In this document: positions 36,775 through 45,579 of the stretch, in pieces
Numbering within the stretch: the first letter of the stretch is position 1
Layout of the letters: the number at the start of each line of letters is the position of its first letter
Source of the DNA: Burkholderiales bacterium
GTDB lineage: Bacteria > Pseudomonadota > Gammaproteobacteria > Burkholderiales > SG8-41
Direction of reading: 5' to 3'
DNA length: 64,000 nt
Assembly: GCA_035259205.1 (NCBI GenBank)
Contig: DATFWO010000099.1
Coordinates: 812-64,811 of the forward strand
Program-made: the position numbers and the translations under genes
Notes under the pieces: generated by a model
Database searches by the model: none
What the model saw: only the letters and a program-made list of their open reading frames with translations
What the model was told of the DNA's origin: nothing

Positions 36775-37595
36775 GAGATACGGTGCTTCATGAGAAAGCG
36801 CAGAAGGTCTTCGGCGCAGCGCTCCGGGGCCGAATCGGTGATGTTGTGCGGCAGCCCGTCGTACCAGATATATTCGCTGTGCGGGACGTGTTTCTGGTAG
36901 ACCTCGTACTGCGCTTTCGACCCCAGAGGATCGTGACCCGGCATGACGTTGAGCATCGGGCACTTGATCTTGTGCAGATCTGCCGTGTAGTCGACTTCCT
37001 TCATCATCGGGCCAAAGCGGGCGAACAGGTCGACATCGGTTTTCGCGGACTCATCGATGAACCACTTCAGAAAACCTTTGTCCTGGGCGTTCGGGAACCG
37101 CTCCTCGATCGTCTCTTCGAGGAAGGTTTTGAAGCCTTTCGCCTTGATGCCGTTCACCCACTTGTTCATGTCGATGTTCGAGGGCTTGAGTCCCGGCGTC
37201 GACGCGAAATTGGCGAGTGTCAGGACACGCTCGGGGTTATCGATAGCGGTGCGCATCGCGACGATCGAGCCGGCCGACGAGCCTGCGAGATGGAAGCGCT
37301 TGAGGCCGAGGTGATCGGCGAGCTCTATGACATCCTTCGAGAGCCGCGTGAGGGAGAGTTGATCGGGCCCCGGGATCTGCGTCTCGCCGTGGCCGCGCAT
37401 GTCGGGACGCACGACGCGGAAATGGCGCGACAGTATCGGGATCCATTTGTAGAGCCGGCGCGAGCTGCCCATCGCAGCGTGGATGAGGATCAGCGTTTCC
37501 TGCGGGCGCCAGGGATCCGTGAAGTCGTCCACGCAGTAGCCGAGCTTCAACCCGTCGCTTGCGGTCAACACGTTCATGACGGACGATAACGGCAT
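36771..37595 (-). CDS. Alpha/beta hydrolase (3-oxoadipate enol-lactonase-like), paralog B
   Basis: 274 aa, same motifs as paralog A (roughly half identical by eye). GAGGA SD upstream of the ATG at 37595. Confidence 0.8.
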   Translation of the reverse strand: MPLSSVMNVLTASDGLKLGYCVDDFTDPWRPQETLILIHAAMGSSRRLYKWIPILSRHFRVVRPDMRGHGETQIPGPDQLSLTRLSKDVIELADHLGLKRFHLAGSSAGSIVAMRTAIDNPERVLTLANFASTPGLKPSNIDMNKWVNGIKAKGFKTFLEETIEERFPNAQDKGFLKWFIDESAKTDVDLFARFGPMMKEVDYTADLHKIKCPMLNVMPGHDPLGSKAQYEVYQKHVPHSEYIWYDGLPHNITDSAPERCAEDLLRFLMKHRIS

Positions 37596-37707
37596 CTGGA
37601 ATCCTCGAACGGAAGATGCTGCGCGGGGATCGGAGCGCTGCGCGCTTGAGTCCGCAACACGGACGGTGCTGGCGCGCGCTGGAACCTATCTTCGAACCGA
37701 TCCGATT

Positions 37708-38715
37708 ATGCTCATAGTCGCAGCACGGGGCAACCGAAAGCCCCGGCTCCTCTCCGCCGGCGCGCTCGTCAGCGCCGCGAGCGTCTCGCTCGCGTGCGCG
37801 GCCGCTGAATCCCCCGATACCTATCCGTCGAAACCCGTTCGCATCATCGTTCCTTTCTCACCCGGTGGCGGCGCCGACAATCTCGCCCGCATCCTGCAGC
37901 CGGCGCTCAGCGAAGCGCTCGGGCAACCTCTGGTTCTGGACAACCGTCCCGGCGCAAGCGGCATCATCGGCACCGAGCTCGCCCTGCGCGCTGCGCCGGA
38001 TGGCTACACGCTCGTGCTTATCACGACGACGCATACCGTCACGCCCGGGCTCATGAAGCGGCTCCCCTACGATCCGGTCAAGGACATTGCGGGCGCGTCA
38101 TTGGCCGCGACGCAGCCCAACGTGCTCGTCGTCCACCCGGCGGTTCCCGCGAAATCGGTGAAAGAGCTCGTCTCGCTTGCGAGGGCGAAACCGGCGGCCC
38201 TGACCTATGCATCCGGCGGCAGCGGCAGCGCGCCCCATCTCGGAGGCGAGCTTCTGCAGATGGTCGCCGGCGTCAAGCTCATTCACGTGCCGTACAAGGG
38301 CGCGGGCCCCGGTGTCGTCGCACTGCTCGGCAACCAGGTGACGATGATGTTCGTCGGCCCGATCTCCATCGAGCAGCACGTCGCCGCGGGCAGGCTGCGC
38401 GCCCTGGCGACTGCGGACAGGAAACGCTCGGCGATCCTGCCCGATGTGCGGACGGTGGCGGAAGCGGGCTTTCCCGGCGTCGAATCCGGAACGTGGTATG
38501 GTTTCGCCGCGCCCGCGAAAACCCCGCGTGCGGTGCTGGAAGCCTTCCATGCTGCGACGCTGAAAGCGCTGGCCGCGCCGGAAACGAAGAGGCGCCTGCT
38601 CGCTCAGGGCATGGAGATCGTCGGGGGCGGGCCGGGCGAGCTCGATCGGACGATACGGGACGAGGTCGCGAAATGGGGGAAGCTGGTCAAGACTGCAGGC
38701 ATTACCGCCGAATGA
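37708..38715 (+). CDS. Bug/TctC-family substrate-binding protein
   Basis: Start trimmed to MLIVAARG.... Signal peptide, then TYPSKPVRIIVPFSPGGGAD. YASGGSGSAPH and VPYKGAGPG motifs. Confidence 0.85.
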   Translation: MLIVAARGNRKPRLLSAGALVSAASVSLACAAAESPDTYPSKPVRIIVPFSPGGGADNLARILQPALSEALGQPLVLDNRPGASGIIGTELALRAAPDGYTLVLITTTHTVTPGLMKRLPYDPVKDIAGASLAATQPNVLVVHPAVPAKSVKELVSLARAKPAALTYASGGSGSAPHLGGELLQMVAGVKLIHVPYKGAGPGVVALLGNQVTMMFVGPISIEQHVAAGRLRALATADRKRSAILPDVRTVAEAGFPGVESGTWYGFAAPAKTPRAVLEAFHAATLKALAAPETKRRLLAQGMEIVGGGPGELDRTIRDEVAKWGKLVKTAGITAE

Positions 38716-38776
38716 AGCCCGCAGGGCGGGAACACACGACACGCCCCGAGGCGCTCGTTTCTTACACGGAGTGGGA

Positions 38777-39163
38777 ATGGATACGCTGAAAGTCGGAATG
38801 AAGCACACGCAGGAATGGGAGGTCACCGAGGCACGGACGACGACGCGCGGCGACTACAAGGTCTTCTCGACGCCGCAGATGACACAGCTCATCGAGTCGA
38901 CGGCCAACGAGCTGGCGAGACCGCACCTCAAGCCCGGCCAGGGGCAGGTCGGGGTCGTGGTGACGGTGCGGCACATGGGACCGACACCGCTCGGCAAAAA
39001 GGTGCGCGCCGAGGCGGAGCTCGTGGCGATAGACCGCCGCCGGCTCACGTTCAAGGTCAAGGTATTCGACGACGTCGAGCAGGTCGGCGAGGCCGAGCAC
39101 GAGCGCTTCGTCGTCGACCTCGACAAGTATTTCGAAAAGCTGAAGAAGAAGATCGGCGGCTGA
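38777..39163 (+). CDS. Hotdog-fold thioesterase (fluoroacetyl-CoA-thioesterase-like family)
   Basis: About 128 aa, typical small thioesterase pattern (VFSTP.M..L.E). ATG at 38777 lies 5 nt after GGAG; the ORF track begins at the GTG at 38771. Confidence 0.65.
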   Translation: MDTLKVGMKHTQEWEVTEARTTTRGDYKVFSTPQMTQLIESTANELARPHLKPGQGQVGVVVTVRHMGPTPLGKKVRAEAELVAIDRRRLTFKVKVFDDVEQVGEAEHERFVVDLDKYFEKLKKKIGG

Positions 39164-39203
39164 GCACTCGCCGATCTGAAGCTTTGATACCGGAGACGAC
39201 GCC

Positions 39204-40970
39204 ATGACCGAGCCCCGCGACCCCTACGCACGCACTGAAGTGCGCGACGGCATGCGCATCACCTGGCACCAGCCGATCGCTATGGACGACGGACTGGTGC
39301 TTCGCGCGGATATTTACCGGCCCGTCGGAGACCTGCGTTGTCCGGTCATCCTGACCTACGGCATCTACGCCAAGGGGCTCGCGTACCAGGACGGCTACCC
39401 GTTGCAGTGGGAGAAGATGGTCGCGGACTATCCCGAGATCCTGAAGGGGTCGAGCAACAAGTACCAGAATTGGGAAACCACCGACCCCGAATGCTGGGTG
39501 CCGCACGGTTACGCCGTCGTGCGCGTGGACTCGCGCGGCGCGGGCTGGTCGCCCGGCTTCATGGATCCGGGCTGTCCGCGGGAGACGGAGGACCTCTACC
39601 AGTGCATCGAGTGGGCGGGCACACAACCGTGGAGCAACGGCAAGGTGGGCATGCTCGGGATCTCGTACTACGCGAGCAACCAGTGGCGCGTGGCGGGCAT
39701 GCATCCGCCGCACCTCGCCGCCATCATCCCGTGGGAAGGGCAGAACGACCGCTATCGCGATTCGGGCTACCACGGGGGCATCCTGAGCCAGTTCCAGGAG
39801 CGCTGGGCCAAGCACCAGGTGGCTAACATCCAGTACGGCCGGGGCGACAGGGCGAAGAAGAATCCGAACACCGGAGAGTCCGTCGCCGGTCCCGTTACGT
39901 TGACTGATGAGGAACTGGCGAGGAACCGGGTGGACGCCTTCGAGGAGCTGAAGAAACACCCTCTCGACGACGAATGGCACCGTTCGCGCTCGGCTGATCT
40001 CTCCAAGGTGCGCACACCGTTGCTCACCTGCGCCAACTGGGGTGGCCAGGGCATCCATCCGCGCGGCAACTTCAACGGTTACACGGAGACCCCGGACGAC
40101 ACGCCGAAGTGGCTGGAAGCCCACGGCGACTCGCACTGGTCGCTCTTCTCGAGCGGCTACGGCGTCGACCTGCAGAAGCGCTTCTTCGACCACTTCCTCA
40201 AAGGAATCGCGAACGGCTGGGACAAGCAGCCTCGCGTTCAGCTCAATATCCGGCAGCCGGGTGAAAAGTTCGTACGCCGCTACGAGAACGAGTGGCCGCT
40301 CGCACGCACGCAATGGACCAGGTTCTACCTCGACCCCGCGAATCAGAGCCTCAGCACGAAACCTGTGGCGCAGGCGGGAAGCGTCGAGTACGACGCCTTA
40401 GGGGGCGGCGTAACGTTCCGTATGCCGCCTCGGGACAAGGAGACGGAAATCACCGGGCCGATGGCGGCGAAGCTCTTCATCGCATCCTCGACCGCGGACG
40501 CCGATCTCTTTCTCATCGTCCGCGTCTTCGACCCCTCGGGCAAGGAGCTTACGTTCATGGGCTCCACCGATCCGAACACGCCCATCGCCAACGGCTGGCT
40601 GCGCGCCTCGCACCGCCGGCTCGACCCGAAGAGAAGCCGGCCCTACCGCCCCTGGCATCCGCACGACCGCGTAGAGCCGATGACGCCCGGCCAAATCTAC
40701 GAATGCGATGTCGAGATCGTGACGAGCTGCATCGTCGTTCCGGCCGGGTGGCAGGTCGCCCTTACCGTCCGCGGGAAGGACTACGAATACGAAGGCGAGC
40801 TCTCGGAGTTCGGGAAAAAGTTCCACTATGGCACTCGCGGCACCGGCGGCATGACCCACAACGATCCCGACAGCCGCCCCGCCGCGCTCTTCGGCGGGCG
40901 CGTCACGCTGCACGCGGGCGGTGAGCGTGAGTCGTATCTGCTGCTGCCGATCATTCCCTCACGGGAATAG
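39204..40970 (+). CDS. CocE/NonD family hydrolase (S15 X-Pro dipeptidyl-peptidase fold)
   Basis: 588 aa. D.RG.G.S.G and the GISYYASNQW nucleophile region, plus a C-terminal jelly-roll domain typical of CocE/NonD. Confidence 0.85.
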   Translation: MTEPRDPYARTEVRDGMRITWHQPIAMDDGLVLRADIYRPVGDLRCPVILTYGIYAKGLAYQDGYPLQWEKMVADYPEILKGSSNKYQNWETTDPECWVPHGYAVVRVDSRGAGWSPGFMDPGCPRETEDLYQCIEWAGTQPWSNGKVGMLGISYYASNQWRVAGMHPPHLAAIIPWEGQNDRYRDSGYHGGILSQFQERWAKHQVANIQYGRGDRAKKNPNTGESVAGPVTLTDEELARNRVDAFEELKKHPLDDEWHRSRSADLSKVRTPLLTCANWGGQGIHPRGNFNGYTETPDDTPKWLEAHGDSHWSLFSSGYGVDLQKRFFDHFLKGIANGWDKQPRVQLNIRQPGEKFVRRYENEWPLARTQWTRFYLDPANQSLSTKPVAQAGSVEYDALGGGVTFRMPPRDKETEITGPMAAKLFIASSTADADLFLIVRVFDPSGKELTFMGSTDPNTPIANGWLRASHRRLDPKRSRPYRPWHPHDRVEPMTPGQIYECDVEIVTSCIVVPAGWQVALTVRGKDYEYEGELSEFGKKFHYGTRGTGGMTHNDPDSRPAALFGGRVTLHAGGERESYLLLPIIPSRE

Positions 40971-41020
40971 CGTCCCAGGTACATCGTCCCAGGTAGGGCG
41001 TCCCAGATGCAGCGTCTTAG
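40971..41020. repeat. 14-bp-period array, core CGTCCCAG (4 units)
   Basis: cgtcccag at 40971, 40985 and 40999, and cgtcttag at 41013. Begins 1 nt after the CocE/NonD stop codon. Confidence 0.8.
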
Positions 41021-41221
41021 AGGAGGCGCCGGTTTCAAATTGCCAGGGCGCTCAGCTGGCCGGGTCCTGTCGGAACGGCTGACGCCTGAAACTTTCCCCT
41101 CCTGCAAATAGGAGGGTGGCGCGCGTAGGCCCGCCGGGGTGGTCAGGTTAGTGGAAGAAACCGCGAAGCTGGAAGGCCTGCTTCTGCCTTCCTCCTTCCG
41201 CCGTCTGCCTTATGTAGTGAC

Positions 41222-41743
41222 TCACTCCTGCGGATACCGCCACGGCTTGTCGGGCTGCGTGGCGCTCTCGTCGATGGCCCACTGCGGGAGCGAGAGGCCC
41301 GGGCCGGCGTCGGAGAACACCATGCGCACGCGCGTGCCGATGCCAACATTCTTTACGAGGTCGGGCGGCGCGAGCTTGCCGTCGGGCGTGACCAGGTTGC
41401 CGACGACGCGCAGGGCCTCGTCAACGGTGGGCTTGCCCTTCTGGGTGTCGAGATCGACCAGCAGGATCAGGTAGGGCGTGTAAGCCCTGAACGCCGGCTG
41501 GATGGCGTGATGCACCTCCGTGTAGGAGTGCACCGCGCCTTTGCCCTCGACGAGCACCCATTCGGCCCCGCGGCTCATGCACCAGGGGCAGGCGGTGGTG
41601 GGCGGATAGCGCAGCAGCTTGCAGTCGTCGCACTGCTGCAGGTGGAAACCGTGCTCGGCGCAGTGCTTGAAGTACGCGACGTTCTCGCCGTCGAGATCAT
41701 CGAGCCTGAGACCCATTCCGAGATAGTCGGCCGTGATGGACAT
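41222..41743 (-). CDS. Zn-ribbon/OB-fold protein (DUF35 family)
   Basis: 173 aa with a rubredoxin-like CDDC...CPWC zinc ribbon followed by an OB fold. Sits 16 nt downstream of the thiolase-like gene. Confidence 0.8.
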   Translation of the reverse strand: MSITADYLGMGLRLDDLDGENVAYFKHCAEHGFHLQQCDDCKLLRYPPTTACPWCMSRGAEWVLVEGKGAVHSYTEVHHAIQPAFRAYTPYLILLVDLDTQKGKPTVDEALRVVGNLVTPDGKLAPPDLVKNVGIGTRVRMVFSDAGPGLSLPQWAIDESATQPDKPWRYPQE

Positions 41744-41759
41744 GATGTTGTCTCCCCAC

Positions 41760-43016
41760 TCAATCGCGCCGCATGACCATCGCCGACCCGGTGCCCGGAT
41801 TGGCCCAGCCGAGGTTGGCGGTCACCTCGCAGTTCTTCACCTGCCGACAGCCCCCTTCCTTGTAGTCGTAGGTGTGCCTGCGCCTGCCGTCAGGGCCGAC
41901 GGGGCAGCTGTCGTCGACGTCGTGGCGCAGCTGGCGTACGTTTTCGATCACCATGTTCATGCCGTGCGTGTAGCCCTCGCACAGATGGCCGCCGCTGGTG
42001 TTGTTGGGGCGCCTGCCCCCGAGCCGGATGGTGCCGTCGCTCACGTACTGGCCGCCTTCGCCCTTCCTGCAGAAGCCGTAGTCCTCGAGCTGCAGCATGG
42101 TAGTGAAGGTGAAGGCGTCGTAGGAGCCGGTGACGTCGACATCCTGCGGGCCGACACCGGCGTTGGGCCACAGGATCTCGCGCGCGTATCTGCCGGCCAC
42201 CGTCGAGATCGGCCCCGTCTGATAGTGCATGTCGGCGCGCGGCTTGCACACGCGGCCCGCAATGGCGCGTATCAGCGCTCGGGGGTGGCGGCAGTCCCTG
42301 GCGCGGTCGGCGCTCGTCACGACGATGGCCGTGGCGTTGTCGGTCTCCACGCAGCAGTCGAGGAGATGCAGCGGCTTGCAGATGACGCGGCTCGCCAGCA
42401 CGTCCTCCACCGTCACGCGGTTCTTGTAGAGGGCCTTGGGGTTGTTGGAGGCATGCGCGGAGTGCGTGGCGCGCACCGCGGCGACCTGCGCCGGCGTAGT
42501 GCCGTAGTCGTGCATGTGGCGCATGAAGGTGAAGCTGAACATCTGCCCGGCGCTTTGCCAGCCGTAGGCGCGGGAATGCAGCATGTCGCCGACGATCGGC
42601 GCGGCCGAGCGGGCCCCGGTGCCGCCGATACGCACCTGGGAGTAGCCGTTCATGGCACGGAAGATGACGACGGTCTTGCACATGCCGGCTTCCATCACGC
42701 CCATGGCGATACCGATCAGCGCTTCGGTCGACGAGCCGCCGCCGAACACGTCCATGAAGAAGTTCAAGCGGATGCCGAGATCGCCGGCGATGAAGGTTCC
42801 GAAGGTGGAATCGCCCGACTGGTAGGACAGCATGCCGTCGACGTCGGCGGCCTTGAGCCCGGCATCGAGGATGGCGTTGCGCACCGCCCAGGCGCCGAGC
42901 GCGCGGGTGGTCATGCCGGAGCCGCGCGTGTAGGTGGTCTCGCCCACCCCCACGATGGCGTACTTGTCCCTGAGGTGCTTCGGACTGGTGACGTCCGTGT
43001 CGGCTGGCAGTGGCAT
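41760..43016 (-). CDS. Thiolase-like protein (SCP2/lipid-transfer-type thiolase)
   Basis: 418 aa. YAIVGVGET... N-terminus and the thiolase-fold pattern characteristic of non-specific lipid-transfer/SCPx thiolases that pair with DUF35. Confidence 0.8.
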   Translation of the reverse strand: MPLPADTDVTSPKHLRDKYAIVGVGETTYTRGSGMTTRALGAWAVRNAILDAGLKAADVDGMLSYQSGDSTFGTFIAGDLGIRLNFFMDVFGGGSSTEALIGIAMGVMEAGMCKTVVIFRAMNGYSQVRIGGTGARSAAPIVGDMLHSRAYGWQSAGQMFSFTFMRHMHDYGTTPAQVAAVRATHSAHASNNPKALYKNRVTVEDVLASRVICKPLHLLDCCVETDNATAIVVTSADRARDCRHPRALIRAIAGRVCKPRADMHYQTGPISTVAGRYAREILWPNAGVGPQDVDVTGSYDAFTFTTMLQLEDYGFCRKGEGGQYVSDGTIRLGGRRPNNTSGGHLCEGYTHGMNMVIENVRQLRHDVDDSCPVGPDGRRRHTYDYKEGGCRQVKNCEVTANLGWANPGTGSAMVMRRD

Positions 43017-43088
43017 GGGGCGCGATCCTCCGTGCTGTCGGGCGATTGTGCCGGGCTGAACGGCTGATGGCTAGCATCGAGCTCCGCA

Positions 43089-43126
43089 GTGACGAGCTGC
43101 GCGGTGACGAGTTTCACGGTGACGAG
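43089..43126. repeat. 15-bp-period array, core GTGACGAG (3 units)
   Basis: gtgacgag at 43089, 43104 and 43119, in the spacer between the cupin and thiolase genes. Confidence 0.75.
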
Positions 43127-43300
43127 CTGAGCGGTAGCGCGTCGAGGGGCGGGGTAGTGCCCCGTTTACGTGTCTGCCTGAGGGTCAGATCACGTTCCTC
43201 AAGCGAAGCGTGTTGCGAGGATGTCAGACCGTCATGTCAAGACCTGAACCCCGTCAACGCCTGCGCCTGACCGCTGACGCCCGACCCCTGACGGCCTCGT

Positions 43301-43774
43301 TCAGCCACGCCGTTTCTCCTTCGGATACGGTGTCCCGTCTCGGTGTGCGTAGCCCTGTCCGGCGACCGTTCTCAAGTCGATGTCCGGATAGAACGCCTCG
43401 TCGCCTTCGACGCGCGTTCCGATTTCCATGATCACTGCGTCGCTTGCGGAGCGGTTCTGGAAATGATGCCCGTTGCGATCTCCCGCCTTGAACCCCGCGC
43501 TGTCACCCGTCCGCAGGGTATCCTCGCCCTCGTCGGTCACGAGCACCACCTCGCCGGAGACGACATAGATGAGCTCGTCTGTCTTTGTATGCCAGTGGCG
43601 CTGACTGGACCAGGCGCCCGGGGGTAACGTGCAGAAGTTGACGCCGAACTGGGTCAATCCGGCGGCGTCACCGAGCTTGATCCGCCGTCGCGCCCGACAC
43701 GGCTTGTCGAAGGGTGGTGGATACAGTGTGCCGTCGGCCCTTGGTGCGGTGGCGAGGTCGATCTTCCGCGACAT
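43301..43774 (-). CDS. Cupin domain-containing protein
   Basis: Start trimmed to MSRKIDLATAP. Cupin motif HWHTKTDELIYVVSGE....GD..GF. Confidence 0.75.
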   Translation of the reverse strand: MSRKIDLATAPRADGTLYPPPFDKPCRARRRIKLGDAAGLTQFGVNFCTLPPGAWSSQRHWHTKTDELIYVVSGEVVLVTDEGEDTLRTGDSAGFKAGDRNGHHFQNRSASDAVIMEIGTRVEGDEAFYPDIDLRTVAGQGYAHRDGTPYPKEKRRG

Positions 43775-43963
43775 GTTCCCTCCCTGTGACGCGAACCTTG
43801 ATATGGGGAGCCGAAATTGCTGATGACTGGAACAGAAGCATAGCGGAAACACGAGCCCGGTTCCTCCCGCTCGCTTCTTACATCGGGCGAAAGGGGTGCG
43901 TCCCCTATGGTCCCCGCGAACGGTGCTACGATGCCACGTCCGTTTTTCCGGGGGAGCTTGCGA

Positions 43964-44938
43964 ATGCCGACGATCTCTTCAAAGGCGCTGTGGACGGCGG
44001 CGGCGGTTGCGATGGGCTTTGCCGCAGGTGCTGCGCACGCCCAGACGTTCCCGTCCAAACCGCTGCGCATCATCGTGCCGTTCCCGGCAGGCGGTAACGC
44101 GGACCTGACGAGCCGCATGCTCGGCGAGCCCTTGAACAAGGCGCTGGGACAGCCGGTGATCGTCGACAATAGACCGGGCGCGGGCGCGGTCATCGGCTAC
44201 GAGCTGGCCGCTAAAGCGCCGCCCGATGGACATACGCTGCTTATCGTCTATCCGAGCTTCATCATCAATCCGTCGATTCGCCGCGTGCAGTACGACCCGC
44301 TCAAGGATTTCCGTCCCGTGACGCAGTTGATCGCGCTGCCGATGATGATCGCGGTCCATCCGTCTCTGCCGGTGCGCACGTTCAAGGAATACGTTGCGCT
44401 TGCACGTGCGCGTCCGGGCGCGATTTCCTACGCCTCGCCCGGCGTGGGCACCATCCAGCACGTCGTCGCCGAGCTGATCAAGCAGACGACGAAGACAGAC
44501 CTCATCCACGTTCCGTATACCGGCTTCGCAATAGCGATGCCCGCGCTGGTGGGCGGACACGTCACGAGCGCTCTCGGGAACGTCTTCGACGTTGTCCCGT
44601 TCGTGCAGAGCGGCAAGGTGCGTGCGATCGTCGTCACCGGTTCCGCGCGCACGGAGTTGCTGCCGGACACTCCGACGATGCGCGAGACGGGCTTTCCGGA
44701 ATTCGAGGCGATGAACTGGGGCGGCTTCGTCGTGCCTGCCGCAACCCCGACGGCCGCTGTGATACGGCTCAACAACGAGCTCGTGCGCATCCTCAGGACG
44801 GCCGAAATCCAGGAGAAGTTCCGGATGCAGGGACAGACCGCAGTGTCGAGCACGCCGGAGCAGCTCGCGTCGCTGCTGCAATCGGAAAGCGCTCGCTACT
44901 CGAAGATCGTCAAGGCGGCGGGAATCCGCGCGGAATGA
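43964..44938 (+). CDS. Bug/TctC-family substrate-binding protein
   Basis: ATG 7 nt after gggggag. Signal peptide MPTISSKALWTAAAVAMGFAAGAAHA, then QTFPSKPLRIIVPFPAGG. Earlier in-frame ATGs at 43907 and 43931 are possible. Confidence 0.85.
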   Translation: MPTISSKALWTAAAVAMGFAAGAAHAQTFPSKPLRIIVPFPAGGNADLTSRMLGEPLNKALGQPVIVDNRPGAGAVIGYELAAKAPPDGHTLLIVYPSFIINPSIRRVQYDPLKDFRPVTQLIALPMMIAVHPSLPVRTFKEYVALARARPGAISYASPGVGTIQHVVAELIKQTTKTDLIHVPYTGFAIAMPALVGGHVTSALGNVFDVVPFVQSGKVRAIVVTGSARTELLPDTPTMRETGFPEFEAMNWGGFVVPAATPTAAVIRLNNELVRILRTAEIQEKFRMQGQTAVSSTPEQLASLLQSESARYSKIVKAAGIRAE

Positions 44939-45001
44939 CAGCGTAAGTGGGGCTGCCGCTGCTCGGTCGGCAGGTCTGAAGACGCATGACCCCTCACGGG
45001 G

Positions 45002-45484
45002 TTAACGCCCCCGCCGCGCCGCCTCGATCTTGGCGATGTCGATCTTCCTCATCGTCATCATCGCGTCGAACGCACGCTTGGCCGCTGCGCGGTCCGGGTC
45101 TTTGATCGCGTCGGTCAGGGCGCGTGGTGTGATCTGCCAGTTCAAGCCCCACTTGTCTTTACACCATCCGCACGCGCTTTCCTGACCGCCGTTTCCGACA
45201 ATCGCATTCCACAACCGGTCAGTTTCAGCCTGATCGTCGGTCGCGATCTGGAAGGAGAACGCCTCGTTGTGCTTGAACTGCGGCCCGCCGTTGATGCCGA
45301 GGCAGGGGATGCCGACCACAGTGAACTCGACCGTCAGGACATCGCCCCGCTTGCCGCTCGGATAGTCGCCCGGCGCATGCATCACCGCGCCCACCGCGCT
45401 GTTGGGAAGGGTTTTCGCGTAGAACCGAGCTGCGTCCAACGCGTTATCGTCGTACCAGAGGCAAATCGTGTTCTTGTTGGCCAT
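45002..45484 (-). CDS. VOC family protein (3-demethylubiquinone-9 3-methyltransferase-domain / PhnB-like)
   Basis: 160 aa. CLWYD....A..FY and GWC.DK.G..WQI motifs characteristic of this small family. Confidence 0.75.
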   Translation of the reverse strand: MANKNTICLWYDDNALDAARFYAKTLPNSAVGAVMHAPGDYPSGKRGDVLTVEFTVVGIPCLGINGGPQFKHNEAFSFQIATDDQAETDRLWNAIVGNGGQESACGWCKDKWGLNWQITPRALTDAIKDPDRAAAKRAFDAMMTMRKIDIAKIEAARRGR

Positions 45485-45579
45485 TCCAGTTACTCCTGTA
45501 AGGGTTAAGAGGCATCCACTCCTGATCTAGTCGAACGGGAGCGTGGGAAATCGACACCGCCGACCCGCAGAAAATCCAG

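Noticed and set aside
41733-43067. 444-aa plus-strand ORF and a 395-aa minus-strand alternative frame covering the thiolase-like gene.
   Set aside because: Same shadow-ORF composition. The 41760-43016 minus-strand frame carries the thiolase-fold sequence.
43010-43270. 86-aa ORF containing in-frame GDELx pentapeptide repeats generated by the 15-bp GTGACGAG array.
   Set aside because: No SD and otherwise Arg/Cys-rich shadow composition. Sister arrays have 13-14 bp periods that cannot be coding. Treated as non-coding repeat DNA.
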